Of a stretch of DNA of 64,000 nt, positions 1-12,323 are shown in pieces (the first letter of the stretch is position 1; the number at the start of each line of letters is the position of its first letter). Both the position numbers and the translations under genes were made by a program. The DNA is from Massalongia carnosa (taxonomy: Eukaryota). A model generated the notes under the pieces. That model did no database searches. It was not told where the DNA came from and saw nothing but the letters and a program-made list of their open reading frames with translations. The stretch covers positions 372,001 to 436,000 of the forward strand of contig OZ287071.1 of assembly GCA_965645245.1 (NCBI GenBank), given 5' to 3'.

Positions 1-1
1 G

Positions 2-748
2 AGATTATCGATTCATAAGACCCAGAAGAGGCGACAGACTCCTCATCAGCAACCATACGGGGCATCCCCAGCGAAATATGATGATATGACAGACACCGAT
101 CAATCTTCTATTCACACCGCCAGCGATGAATCAGATGGGGACGAGAACCTAGTAACTTTGGATGAAAGACATGGCGATCTTTCTGCTGAATGTTTCTACA
201 ACTATTTTCACCATGGATTTGACATTTTCATCTCCTATCCAACGATGCCTTCCCCTACTTTTCAGTCATCATCAACTCAAGGTATTCTGGCAACAGGATC
301 CAAAGGGGTCGACCGTGTGGTGGCGACGAAGATACTGCTGCATGCTAATGTACCAGGGTCGTATCCTTTCAATCGATACCGTCGAAGCCGATGGGTGATC
401 GATTCTCCCCCTTTACACCATGTGGATACTCCGCTTACATCCGAATCTAACTTCACTCATCTCTCGAACGCTTTACAGCAAATCTGGAAGAGTAGCTACG
501 CTAGCGAGAACGAGGAGAAATCATTGCAACGGGGAATGGTGCTCAATCGAGGGTGGGGAGATAGTCCCGGAAGCAGTTGCGAGCTACTGGGTGGTTGGGA
601 GGAGAGCGTGGACACGCAAAAGAACGGCTCTCACAACCCCTTGATTACCGGAGGGCCGGGCTCTGGTAACACCGAGCTTTTTGGATTCCCCGGCCTGGTG
701 TTTGAAGTCCTGAAGAATGATTCCGTGAGCTGCCTCACGGTGTATTGA
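2..748 (+). CDS. UPF0183 (PHAF1/C16orf70-like) family protein, 3' part; gene starts before the window
   Basis: The frame is open from base 2. It carries RLSIHK, FYNYFHHGFDI, KILLHANVPGSYPFNR and the terminal LFGFPGLVFEVLKN..V..LTVY, recalled from this family. Confidence 0.75.
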   Translation, partial: RLSIHKTQKRRQTPHQQPYGASPAKYDDMTDTDQSSIHTASDESDGDENLVTLDERHGDLSAECFYNYFHHGFDIFISYPTMPSPTFQSSSTQGILATGSKGVDRVVATKILLHANVPGSYPFNRYRRSRWVIDSPPLHHVDTPLTSESNFTHLSNALQQIWKSSYASENEEKSLQRGMVLNRGWGDSPGSSCELLGGWEESVDTQKNGSHNPLITGGPGSGNTELFGFPGLVFEVLKNDSVSCLTVY

Positions 749-1139
749 AATGCATGGCTGGCGAAGTAATGCTGGACTCTCAGTTAACGGCGTTAGAGGA
801 GGATTCTACTAAATGTGTTTTAGAGATACCCCAACTCAATATAAGTTCACTTGATAGATATTTTGGGAGTAAATTAAATGCAAACCATAACCGGGTTCAG
901 AGTAAGTCTTGAGGCGGTCTACTGGATTTTGGTTGAACTTTTGATGCACCATATTTCCGCTCTCTATTCATCTGGTTGACTAAATTATATCAAGTACTTA
1001 GGAGGAGATAGGTATTAAAGTCTAAGGGTTGTGTTATTCGAGATGAGCTTCGTACCCCTATTTATCGGCTCTGCGGGCCGTCTTCCTAAGCTCGCGTCCA
1101 AATCACCCTCGAACTGCAAGGGAGGTAAACAGCCATAGT

Positions 1140-4100
1140 ATGCTCCATTCTATTCGGACTTTCCCCAAATCGTGGTCGTCCACTTTGTCACTCCCAAAAT
1201 CGGCCTTTCCTCCACGAGCTCTCGTGGCAGATCAATCCAATTATCGCCAAAGGTGTACGGATGATCTTTACGCTTGGCAGAAAAGTCAGCGGAAAGGCAG
1301 AGATGGCTTCACGCTTCAAGACGGTCCACCTTATGCAAACGGAGATTTACATATTGGTCATGCATTGAATAAGATCCTAAAAGACATCACATGTCGCTTT
1401 CAACTATCTCAGGGAAAGCTTATTGATTTTGTGCCAGGATGGGATTGTCATGGACTTCCCATCGAGATCAAGGCGCTTCAGAAACAAAGGGAGCTCGGTG
1501 CGCTCACGGGTGATGAATGGCCAGCGGCTATATCTATCAGGAGAGCTGCAAGAGAGCTAGCAGCTGATACCGTGAATAAACAAAAGAGATCTTTCCAGGA
1601 ATGGGCGATAATGGCCGATTGGGAACATGCGTGGAAGACCATGGACAAGGATTTTGAGCTTAACCAGTTAGGAGTCTTCAAGACACTGGTCAAAAAAGGG
1701 TTGATTCATCGGAGGTTTAAACCCGTATATTGGTCGCCGTCATCAAGAACGGCACTGGCAGAGGCGGAATTAGACTATCAAGACCTCCATAAGTCCATGG
1801 CCGCTTTCGTCAAGTACCCCATGCAGGCATTCCCCCATTCGCTTACTGAAAAGCTGGGTGTTGACGGGAACGAAGTACATGCTGTCATCTGGACAACTAC
1901 CCCTTGGACCTTGCCGGCCAACAGGGCTATTGGTATACACTCTGATATAGAATACGCAGTTGTCAAATCTGCAAGTGATGGACTTCTATTGGTGGCCGCG
2001 TCGACAGTGGACGCAATCCAGAAATATTGCAACGGCACCTTAGAGACCTTGGTCACTTTCCCAGGCTCAAAGCTTGTTGGTGCAACCTACCATGACTCGG
2101 AATTTAAGCGTAGTACGTCACCACGACTCATTCTGCACGCAAATTTTGTGACTGCCGCGACTGGTACAGGCTTAGTTCACCTTGCCCCTGGTCATGGCGT
2201 AGATGACTATGAGGTTTGTCTCAAGAACGGCATCCAAGCTTTTGCTCCTGTCGACGACGAAGGACGGTTCACCAGCCTAGCGTCTCCCGATTACCCAAAG
2301 ATTCTTTTGGGTAAATTGGTCTTGACTTCTGGAAATGAGGCAGTGCTCGCTCATCTAGATGCCCACGGAAAGCTTTTAGGACGCCACATCTATAGACATA
2401 GATATCCTTATGACTGGCGATCGAAACACCCTGTCATCCTCAGAGCTACATCACAATGGTTTGCAGACCTGCGGGAAATACGGGACGGTGCAATACGATC
2501 ACTTGATACGGTAACCTTCATTCCAAGGAGTGGAAAAAGTAGATTGAAAAGCTTTATTGAGACTCGTAGCGAATGGTGCATATCACGACAACGTGCTTGG
2601 GGGTTGCCCATTCCTGCTCTCTACCATGAAAGGACTGGTGAAGCACTTCTGACTGAAGATAGCGTTGCACATATCATTTCAACTATCAAGGATCGTGGAA
2701 TAGATGCCTGGTGGACCGACGATGACGGAGAACCATCATGGACGCCTTCTTGGCTTAGAGATGAAGCTGGGACCTCTCCATATCGTAGGGGTAAAGACAC
2801 AATGGACGTCTGGTTTGATAGCGGCACTAGCTGGACCCAAACTAATTGTCATAGTAAAGAAGGGCTGAAGCATGTTGCAGATGTCTATCTCGAGGGTTCA
2901 GATCAACACCGGGGGTGGTTTCAGTCCAGTTTGTTGACTTATATCGCCCAACAGAGTGCAGAAACGATTCAAGCTGTTGAGCCCCAAGCTCCTTTTAGAA
3001 AACTCCTTACTCATGGATTTGCTCTAGATAAAGACGGGCGTAAGATGAGCAAGTCCGTTGGCAACATTGTCTCTCCGGATGAGATAATGCAAGGAACTCT
3101 CCTTCCGCCATGCAGAAAAAAGCACAGAAACAAAGCCGCAAATAATAGGGGTACGAACGAGCTCACATACGACTATATGGGTGTGGATGCTTTGCGGCTT
3201 TGGGTTTCTAGCTGCGACTATACTAAGGATGTCGTTGTCAGCCAAACTGTACTCAAAGCAATCAACAGCAGTTTGTCAAAATATCGGGTAACGTTCAAGC
3301 TTATCTTGGGGATCCTGAAGAACTTTCGTCCATCCGCCAATATTCAATTCTCCCAGCTAAATATCAATCATCAGATTGCGTTGCTGCAACTCAAAGAGGT
3401 TGAAAAATGTGTTTGGAAGCACTACAGCAATCTCGAATACATCAAAGCAGTTGGCGAAATAAATCGTTATGTCAATATCGATTTCTCCGCTTTTTATATG
3501 GAGACCATCAAAGATGCCGTCTATGCTGGGTGTAAGAAAAGCGCAAGTATCTCCGATCAGCAAATGGCCCAACACACGTTGCTTCAGATCTTCACTTCCT
3601 TGCAACAGGTGCTAGCTCCATTAACCCCTTTGCTCATCGAAGAGACCTGGGAATACACCCCAAAGGAAATTCGTGACTCACACAGTTACCCCTTTCACCG
3701 ACTTTGGACGAATGAAAATGGACTGTTTAATGGAATTATTGATCCTTGGCAGAATGAGCAACTTCAGAAGGACATGCCATATCTGCTGGTGGCTAATACT
3801 GCAGTTAAAAATGCACAGGAACGAGCAAGGAATGACAAGATGATGGGATCGTCTTTGCAATCATTCGTGGCCTTTCAAATTGATGAAACACCCTGCAAAG
3901 GGGAGAACATTGGCCTCGAGCTTTTCAGTCGCTATCACGAAGATCTGGAAACTCTCTTTGTGGTCTCCCGGGTAGAGATTTGCGATGGACCTCTACCCTC
4001 AGCCGTTACCTCAGCCGAGTGGTGCTATACTGCTGAATTTGATGTTGGGGGCTCAGCAGCCCGAGCTCATGTATACTCGCCCCTGAAAGCCAAATGTATT

Positions 4101-4250
4101 CGATGTTGGAGGTATGCTGCACCAGTAGATATTGGAGAACAGACATCATTATGTGATAGATGCGAGGAAGTCGTCGACGATCTCAGGAGATCGAAGCCGG
4201 AGCTTTTTGAGGACAACGGCGAGGGAGGTATTGCTGCCGTCACTGCTTAA
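1140..4250 (+). CDS. ISM1: Isoleucyl-tRNA synthetase, mitochondrial (bacterial-type), single exon
   Basis: DGPPYANGDLHIGH (HIGH motif), PGWDCHGLP, WTTTPWTLP editing domain, WCISRQR, EGSDQHRGWFQ, KMSKS and a C-terminal CxxC..CxxC zinc finger. Confidence 0.95.
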   Translation: MLHSIRTFPKSWSSTLSLPKSAFPPRALVADQSNYRQRCTDDLYAWQKSQRKGRDGFTLQDGPPYANGDLHIGHALNKILKDITCRFQLSQGKLIDFVPGWDCHGLPIEIKALQKQRELGALTGDEWPAAISIRRAARELAADTVNKQKRSFQEWAIMADWEHAWKTMDKDFELNQLGVFKTLVKKGLIHRRFKPVYWSPSSRTALAEAELDYQDLHKSMAAFVKYPMQAFPHSLTEKLGVDGNEVHAVIWTTTPWTLPANRAIGIHSDIEYAVVKSASDGLLLVAASTVDAIQKYCNGTLETLVTFPGSKLVGATYHDSEFKRSTSPRLILHANFVTAATGTGLVHLAPGHGVDDYEVCLKNGIQAFAPVDDEGRFTSLASPDYPKILLGKLVLTSGNEAVLAHLDAHGKLLGRHIYRHRYPYDWRSKHPVILRATSQWFADLREIRDGAIRSLDTVTFIPRSGKSRLKSFIETRSEWCISRQRAWGLPIPALYHERTGEALLTEDSVAHIISTIKDRGIDAWWTDDDGEPSWTPSWLRDEAGTSPYRRGKDTMDVWFDSGTSWTQTNCHSKEGLKHVADVYLEGSDQHRGWFQSSLLTYIAQQSAETIQAVEPQAPFRKLLTHGFALDKDGRKMSKSVGNIVSPDEIMQGTLLPPCRKKHRNKAANNRGTNELTYDYMGVDALRLWVSSCDYTKDVVVSQTVLKAINSSLSKYRVTFKLILGILKNFRPSANIQFSQLNINHQIALLQLKEVEKCVWKHYSNLEYIKAVGEINRYVNIDFSAFYMETIKDAVYAGCKKSASISDQQMAQHTLLQIFTSLQQVLAPLTPLLIEETWEYTPKEIRDSHSYPFHRLWTNENGLFNGIIDPWQNEQLQKDMPYLLVANTAVKNAQERARNDKMMGSSLQSFVAFQIDETPCKGENIGLELFSRYHEDLETLFVVSRVEICDGPLPSAVTSAEWCYTAEFDVGGSAARAHVYSPLKAKCIRCWRYAAPVDIGEQTSLCDRCEEVVDDLRRSKPELFEDNGEGGIAAVTA

Positions 4251-4851
4251 ACACGCAATGTAAGGTACAGATTTAATATCTCTAATCTCTGTAACCATAC
4301 CATTTCCTTAACTTTATTTAGTCTTAATCTCTGATTTCGGTGAATGTATGCTCTTCCTCACCCCCCCTATTCTTTCAGTCAAATCTGTGTATAACCTTCT
4401 TAAATGATCTTATCAGGTAAATACAGTATCCGAACACACGCTGAAAGACGCCCGAATTATATCCTTTTAATACTTTCAAGTAAACCCGCCATGAAGCCTG
4501 TTGTTAAGCCAAGAAGACGCTCGATATAGCTGACGTAATTCATGCCGTTGATGAAAGTGTTGGGTTCTTCTACGTACGCTCCCCACGCTCCTCCTGAAAA
4601 AGTCCCATCATCACTTCATACTGTTTCGAACTGTCTAGAAATCGCGTCAATGATTCTCACCTTTTCCATCACTTCAGACTCACGTCGGCCCTTGTCGTAT
4701 TAGCAGCAGTTAGTCGCAACCTAAATAGATTCACTCTGCCACACAAGGCTTTGCTTGTTGAAGGATTAGGAAATCCCACTTAACCAATCAACACCATTCT
4801 TCCGACATTAACACATTTTCCGATACCAACGCCTTGGCTGTTGATTAGAAG

Positions 4852-7410
4852 ATGGCACCGTTCAGCTCCGTCCATGCTCAAGACCTTAAAGATCAGAATG
4901 ACACACTCACTAAGGCTCTCAGTCAGATGCAGGATGAGATCACTTCCCTTAAAAAGGCTCAGTTCCGACAAGAGATTTTGGTTAAGCAACAAGAGGTCCA
5001 TATTAAAGAGCAGGAAACCCGCATGAAAAACCAGATTGCACAGCTCCTTTCCACAGCTCCCGGTGAACAGCCTGTGGTATGCATTGATGTTTCTCGTTCA
5101 TATTTTCATCAAGATGCCCCAGTACCTAGTGAAAAGGATAAGGCTCCTCTTTTGTCAACTGCAAAGGGTAAAGAGAAATCCGTGGGCTTTTCTGCTGCGC
5201 CCAGCCGAATGGAACCAGAGCTTAGCGCGATGCAGCTTACATGTAAGTATATCCATAGCGGTAATTATGGCCAGAGACTGATTGAAAGCTAAGCAGCGAT
5301 CAAGAAGCATAATCTGAATGCGGTCGAGCATGAGGAGTCTCCGCCACCACTAGCCACGGCGAAGCTCGGATCGTCCCTGCGTCCGGACATACCAGAGTTT
5401 GTTCCTTCTGGCAAGGTCAAAGATGTTAAGCCGCTCGCAGTTGTCTTCAAAGGATTTCTAGAATCGTCCATACATGCTATTCCAGGACATCCACCATCTA
5501 GCTTCCAAGGTATTGACAAGGCCGCAAATCCGTTTATTGAAACTAGGGGTCGGTTCTCGTCGCGAAGATCAAATGACAAGGGGCATTCTCGGTCCGACCC
5601 TTTCTTTCACGCTTCTTCGAGCGTACGGAATGATATTGCAGCTGTCCAAGTTGATCACCAGCCCCAATCTATGACGCCTCCAGCAAACGACCTTAACTCT
5701 AGTTATCTTTACTCTGGACTCCAAATCTTATCTCCTTCTGGTGAATATAGCATACATAATCAGCTCAAAATCGCAGGCGATCTCCCAAAGGACACGAAAT
5801 CTAACCATTTTTGCACTCCCCTGCGCAGACAAGGGAACCATGATCTTTGCCAGGTAAAGCTTGACATGTCTGAAGCTAACAGTACAGATCAGTCATCAAC
5901 CGCACTGAGTATCAAATCTTCAGACTATATTACATCCCCGCTAGTGCCAACCGACAAAGGATTAGCTCATTCAGTCCAGACTAAGCTTCCTCCTCTGTGC
6001 ATGTCTCAACTTAAGCAGAGTTTTCCGATCACATCTGAAGGCCCTGTAAAGCTCAAGAAGCGTTCATCAACACGCCCACTAGAATTTGGCCCTCTGATTA
6101 ATGTAGCTCCACCAAAATACAAGGAAGGATGTGGCGTGATGCCCCCAGTGCCACCTACGGACAAAAAGTGGGATCCGTTCTTGTCATTGTTGGACTACCA
6201 ACCAGAAGACACAGCTGCAGCTGGGCCTCAAGGAATATCATCGGTCAAGCACGAGATCCGAGATATTTCGAGACCGTCAGACCTCCTTTTTAAGGAAATG
6301 ATGGAGGCATCAAATGCATTTGGGGAGAAGGCTAAGGCGAGCAGAGGAGCAGGCCCCAGGGCTAATGCTGTAGAGGAGATCGAGGATGTACGTACAGCCT
6401 TCGCCAAGTAGTGCAAAGATAATCGAGCCCAAACCATTCTTACGATCATTCCCTCCCATGTGACTCACTCGCCCTCATCTACTCCTTCACTTCGTATCTC
6501 AAACCCACTAATTCGAATGATTCCAACGTAGGTGCCCGGGAATCGACAACCCGCATACACACGAATACTCGGCTCAGCTTTGGATGACCAATGTCGACGA
6601 TTGGTCTTGAAACGATTCGCCGATGGTGCAAGTTCGGTACCGAATTTCCAAGCGGCAGCCCGGCCACTTCACCTGAAGTTCCAGCGGGTGATTTTGAAGC
6701 TGCTCCTGGCTAACGGGGCTATCAAGAGTCTCGGGCATCTCGATGGCCCGGCAATGGGGGAGGCGGAGATGCATATGCACCTGTATATCTCGGAAACTGG
6801 GGCCACGAGCATCACACTTGTAGGACAAATCCACTCCACCGGGAACGATTTTCTGGTGTTGAATGCAACTCAAACGCGCCCCTTGCTTGAGTTTAACGTC
6901 AACTTCATGCTCCCTGGTCGCCTTGATACGGACACGATGACCGTCCGCACTGTACCCGCCGCTCTTCAAAGCGACTTCCCTCCAAAGTCTCCAGTTGACC
7001 TGGAGATTGACAATCTACGCAATCCATCGACCAGAGCGCTTCACTCCAACCTGCGCCATATCTCCTTTGCAATCAATGAATACGACTTCGTCATGCCCGA
7101 AGAAGAAGATTTGCCTAACAATACTGACTATATTGACCACCCGCTGTGGGATCCCAAGGCCCTTCACTTTTTCGATTTCCTTCGATCATTCAAGCTCGTT
7201 GGGAGAAAAGTTGTTACGATGCTCTTTACGGAGGAGAACCATAGTGCGGAGGAAGTTGACGAGTTTTTTATGGCCATGGAACGTACTTGCAATCTCCAAA
7301 AGTCTCTATGGCACGATCACGGTATGACCTGGCAGCTACATCAGGCTGGGGACGGTAAGAAGGCATGGATTCTTAAAGGCATTAATGCTGCTCGGGATGG
7401 CCACTTGTGA
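4852..7410 (+). CDS. Hypothetical 3-exon protein (short N-terminal coiled coil, long low-complexity middle, folded C-terminal domain)
   Basis: Exons 4852-5242, about 5294-6387 and 6532-7410 join in frame through introns GTAAGT..AG (from 5243) and GTACGT..ACTAAT..TAG (6388-6531). No family recognised. Confidence 0.6.
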
Positions 7411-8491
7411 GAAGGGTTTATGTGTAAATTAGGACGCCCAGCAACCTCTAGCTCATGCGCGTCCTCACTCTCTTTTGCCCCTACCTCTCACATTGCAGCA
7501 ACATTCACCGGCACTTTCAACGGCAGTGACGAGTCTTTACATTGCTGTAGTTTGGGGGATTTTGCACCGAGATGAGGGAGACGGCTTGGAGAACAAAAGG
7601 GTTTCACCCGACGAATGCTTTGGTTAGCTGGCTAATTGGCTGCTTTCCCCAGCAAGGGGAACGGGAGAGGGGGCGAATGTACGAGGAGGGGGGTGGCGGC
7701 TTTCTCTCGAGATCCTTTCGGGGACAGGAGATATGACAGAGAGTAGCTCGCTTCCTTTCTCAGCGGGATAGCATTTTATAAAGTCAATAGGAGGGGGGGT
7801 GCGCGGTTATGTGCAAGTGCGCCTGTTTGGAATAGCTACAGTAGCTACAAGGGCGAAAAAGAAAAGGGGGCGACGGAATGTGCTTTTCGGCAAGGGAGGC
7901 AGCAAGGTAATGCTGGTTAGTGTCCGTGAGCGGAGATTTAATAGATAGATGCCTGCTTAGATATTTTGTTACTTAAGCTTTGCTATACTATGTATGCTAT
8001 ATATGCTATGCTATGCTACCCTGTCCCCCCAGGGGTTATTCTAGATCGATCGCCTCATCTCAGTTCCATCAGTCAAGCTCTTTCGTTCAGTAGCATGATT
8101 GATTGCACAGATTGGACTTCTTAAGTGCCTAGTTTGCCCTCAGGGTAAGTTGATGCGGGCGAAGGGGGAAAGGTGGAGGGGGGGAGGGGGGGTGAAGGAT
8201 AAAGAGGATAATGAGGACGATAAATAACTGATTGAGACGTAACGCTACGGGGTATCTTAAATATGGAATGGGAAAAAGGCAATAATGCAATGCTGGCCCA
8301 TAACAAAAACAAGACCACTCAACAATCGACACCCCTAATCCAGTTTACTCCTTCTACACAGAGCTGACACGCCTACAAATCCACCCCCCAGCCCCTTCCA
8401 ACTTCGTCTCTCTGTCTCCACTATCATCCTCCAATGATGACTCCTAGCTCCACCACTAACAGGTCCCTCTAAACCCCCTCCCTCCCCTAAC

Positions 8492-11204
8492 CTAGCGGTC
8501 CCTCCCTTCGTCCTCCTCCGTTGCCCTCCTCGAGACTTCAATCAACTCCAGCCTTAACGCCTCAATTGCAGCCTTCTGCCTCCCAAAACCCGCCGTCATA
8601 TCGTCCCTTAGCGCTTGCACCTCGCTATGCACTGCCGCGCGGACTTCCCGCGCGATCTCAGCGCGGAGTTGGGCGCAGGAGGTGCAGGTGGAAGAAAACA
8701 AAGTATGGACGGTAGTTGTGGAAGGAGGGAGTTTGAGGTTATGGCTTGTTCCTTGGAGGGGCGAGGGGTGTGTAGTAGATGCAAGGGTGTGGGTCGGTGC
8801 AACAGCGAGGAAATCGCCACCGGTGTTGATAAGGGGAGGTTTTTTGAAGGAAGACCACTGAACCACTTGGTCTTCCGAGGTGAACGAATGCGAAAGGCTG
8901 ACATGACCTTTTGCGGGGTCTTTGCGGGCTTCTTTGGGTGGGGATACGTCGAGAAGGGGATGTGGGCTTAGGGAATTCTGAAAAGCGGGCCGCGAGGCGG
9001 CGGCTGCCCAGTCGATGACAGTGTCGTTAGATGCTTCTGAGGGGCCCGAGGAGAAGGCGCGAAAGGACATGGCTTTTTTACGGTGATTCCGAGGGCGGAA
9101 GGCTGGGGTTCGCCGGCGAGGGGTTGGTCCAGTTAGGTTCTGAGGGGGTGGGGGTCCGATATCGGTCCAGAGGCCTTCATCGAGGATGTCCAGAGGGGTG
9201 GGGTTTGAAGGGGTATGTTCTATTGAAGATGCTTGGGATTTGGGATCAGTCGTGCTGGATGGAATTGCGATGATGTTGGGTTTCATGTATGGGGCAAATA
9301 GCGCTAGGCCCTTGCTAGGTGTCGAGGTTCTGGTAGCCATCCTTCGGCCGCTTCGCTGCGTCCTGGTGGCCGAAGAGCTCGCTTCGATTGAAGGTGCCGC
9401 CACGGCGCCGTACGCTGAATGGCTATCTCCCTTTTGTAGCGCTGTTCTTAAAGGCGTGGGAGACGGGGGAGACATCTTACAGGACTGCTTTCCTCGATTA
9501 TTATCGGACAATTCGTCTACAACTGGAAACTCTTGAGTTCTTTTCTTCGCCCTGATAGTGGCTTCAGATAATTCCGACGCAAGTTCTAGCTTCTGCGAGA
9601 GCCTTTTCCCCGTTGCCATTTTTTCGGATAGAGATTTTATTGGAGAAAACAAATCCAGGTGATTCAGGGCTGTAGCTGGAAAAAATCTTTGGTGGGTGGT
9701 TGCTCTTTCAGCGGTTGTTTCGCTAATTGAAGACTCACGAATTGGGATCCTTGTTGGTTCATCCGTTCCGTCCACAACGGATATGACTTCTTCAGTTTCC
9801 ATACGACCTCTGGCAAGCACAGAGCCTACACTCTTTCTTCTTGGCTTGCTAGGCGCTGAGGACTGTGCGATTGTGCGGCCGGATCTGCTACGTTTCACTC
9901 CAACACCCTCTTCACTATTCATCCATTCCACATCGACAACACGGGAACCATCTGGAGGAAACCTTTCTTCACCAAGGTGGTTTCCACGAAGATCAAACAA
10001 CAGCACGTGTCCGTCTTGACGTCCTATCGCTATAAGTACTTCCCCTTTAAACGGAGCTGTAGCGCCGGTGCGGACTTGCCCGTCGCTATGGCCAAACACT
10101 CCAGTAACACGATGGAAAGACGTCACTGATAAACTGGTTGCTGGGCCTCGAACATGCCAAGATTCCACGACTTGACCCTTTTTCTTTCCCGGTTCTGCAA
10201 GGTCAATCACACAGCATTTTCCGTCCGCTCCCACTGTAACAAATCTAAGCTTATATCCGGGCACAAACGCTATAGCAGTGATTCCAAGTACTTTGTTCCC
10301 GATGCCAGCAACGCTGGTGTCACAGTTAAACCCGTGGGCCTCCGTACCATGTTCGAAAGCAGAAGCTGATACTGTATTACTGATAGCATGCACGTTTTTA
10401 ATATACATAGTTTCTATCCCAGATGTTGTTAGTCCTGGGCGATGAACACCCTTCGCACCGTCACGAGCAAGCTGAACGGCATCGTATGTAGCGCATGTAC
10501 CGTCGGCAAAAGCCAGTAGAAAGACACTTGGCCTCTCGGGATGAAAGTCTGCAGCAACTACTGCGGACTCAGAGCATTTGGGACGCAGCAAGATAGGAGC
10601 ATTGTTGTGTAGTATATTTGTTACATGAATTGTTGGTGGAGAAATGGAAACAGAAAGTAATAGTTGGAAATTGCATGATAGCGCAAACATATTAGGAGGC
10701 GATGGATGATTATGAGAAGGATCTAGGAGTCTTGATTCTTTGAGGGAGTATGTCTGCACCGCATTCTGAAGAGTGGTGGTGAAAAAGAGGCTCTTCGAAT
10801 CTCCAGCGTATCGAAGCAGTCGAAGTTGCCCCTATATCAATCAGCTTCTCCCCTCAAATCTTACACATAAAGCAACCTACATCGGAGCCTCTCAGCTTGT
10901 AACTTTTCTGCATGCCTTTCCTTGTGTCGTGTAACACCACCACCTGGCTGTCGGCAATCGCCAGCAAGCTACTGCCATTTTTAGCTTTCCTCGCGGCAAC
11001 GATACCGCCTGATCCGGAGTGGAAAATCTCTACGACGCCATTGTTTCCCCAGGTAAAGACGCCTCTGGTTGTGGTGACGATTAAATGGCGGCATGGAGAC
11101 AAGACTACCAAATCATGATTTGATTTCTCTCTTCTGAAGAGTAAAGAACGTCGGCGTGGTGGGATAACTAGATTTGACTTGTTCCTGTTGACAGGCTGCA
11201 TCAT
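8492..11204 (-). CDS. Fungal WD40-repeat protein with a disordered C-terminus and terminal coiled coil
   Basis: Exons 11204-10881 and 10831-8492 join in frame (intron 10832-10880). Beta-propeller-like segments include AADFHPERPSVFLLAFADG, VTVGADGKC and IGRQDGHVLLFDL. Confidence 0.75.
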
Positions 11205-11436
11205 TAACGGTCATCACCTTCTTGAAAGCATTCTTGGAGAAACAATGGCGCTCTTTGTAAATTGTAAATAGAAGGCGTAAACAACTGGAGGTTTCGGGGG
11301 ATTATAGTTCCGAGAAAGCGCTAAGCTATCTACGGGTAGGTACCTAATGTGCTGAACACTGTTTGAGGATAGGCCGGAGGGCAAAAAAATCAAGAAAGGC
11401 CTCTGTGTCCTCATTTTCTATCAATCTCTCCAGGTT

Positions 11437-12323
11437 ATGCCTCCTTTGCGTCGATACCTTCGTATCACCAAGTATTCTGTTCTTGAGTGCCGTATCTACC
11501 TTGATAACCCGGCCGATGCGCATCGCTGGCTCTTGAATGAAACCTCTCCTGTTCTCCCTCGAGTCATTGAAGCTGTACGTCCGCTTGTCCTACCGAAACT
11601 CCGGGAAGAGAACGCGCGTGCAAAGTCGGGGAAGGGAGGAAAGAAGAAAGGCTGGAAGGATGTGGTTATTGAGGGTTCATATATCTTCAACAGTTTCCAG
11701 CGATATTCTGCTGACTGATTTAATGCACGTGGATAGACGACTTTGAAGTGGCTATCTTTTTGACTGAGGTCAGCGCCAGACACGCAATCTTGAGGAAGGA
11801 GAAGAAGGTGAAGGGCGAAAAGGCAAGGCTAAGAAGTAGAGGAGGCAGATTGACAGGAGTTGGAACGGAAGATATGCCAGTTGAGATCGAGGATGGTCTT
11901 GAAGCCGATATTGTCCGAGAGGGAAGCCAAGAAGAGAACGTTCTAAACCTTAGAGACATTCCCGCAGCAGAGGATGTTCGTGCCAATATAGAGTTGATTC
12001 ATCCTACTAAAAGTAGGGAGCAAGCACTCCCTGTCTCTGGTGGCTCGGGAGAGGATGATTCTCAAAAGGATGAACAATTCAGTTCGAATGGAGGAAACTG
12101 TGCATCTGTATCCCTCAATATGGAGGAAGGTAATGATGATAAGAAGATGCCTCTCAGTACCACATACGACGGCTTTTCTATTTACGGGAGAATTCTTTGC
12201 CTAGTCGTTAAGAGGAGAGGCTGGGCAAGGGGCAAAGCCTCATCAACAGGGGGCGGGCAGGCAATGATGGAGGAGTGGATTGCATCTACACAAATGGGAG
12301 AAGGTTTGATGATGGAGGATTGA
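11437..12323 (+). CDS. Conserved fungal hypothetical protein
   Basis: Exons 11437-11674 and 11737-12323 join in frame. N-terminal RYLRITKYSVLECRIYLDNP and C-terminal YDGFSIYGRILCLVVKR look like conserved blocks. Confidence 0.75.
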
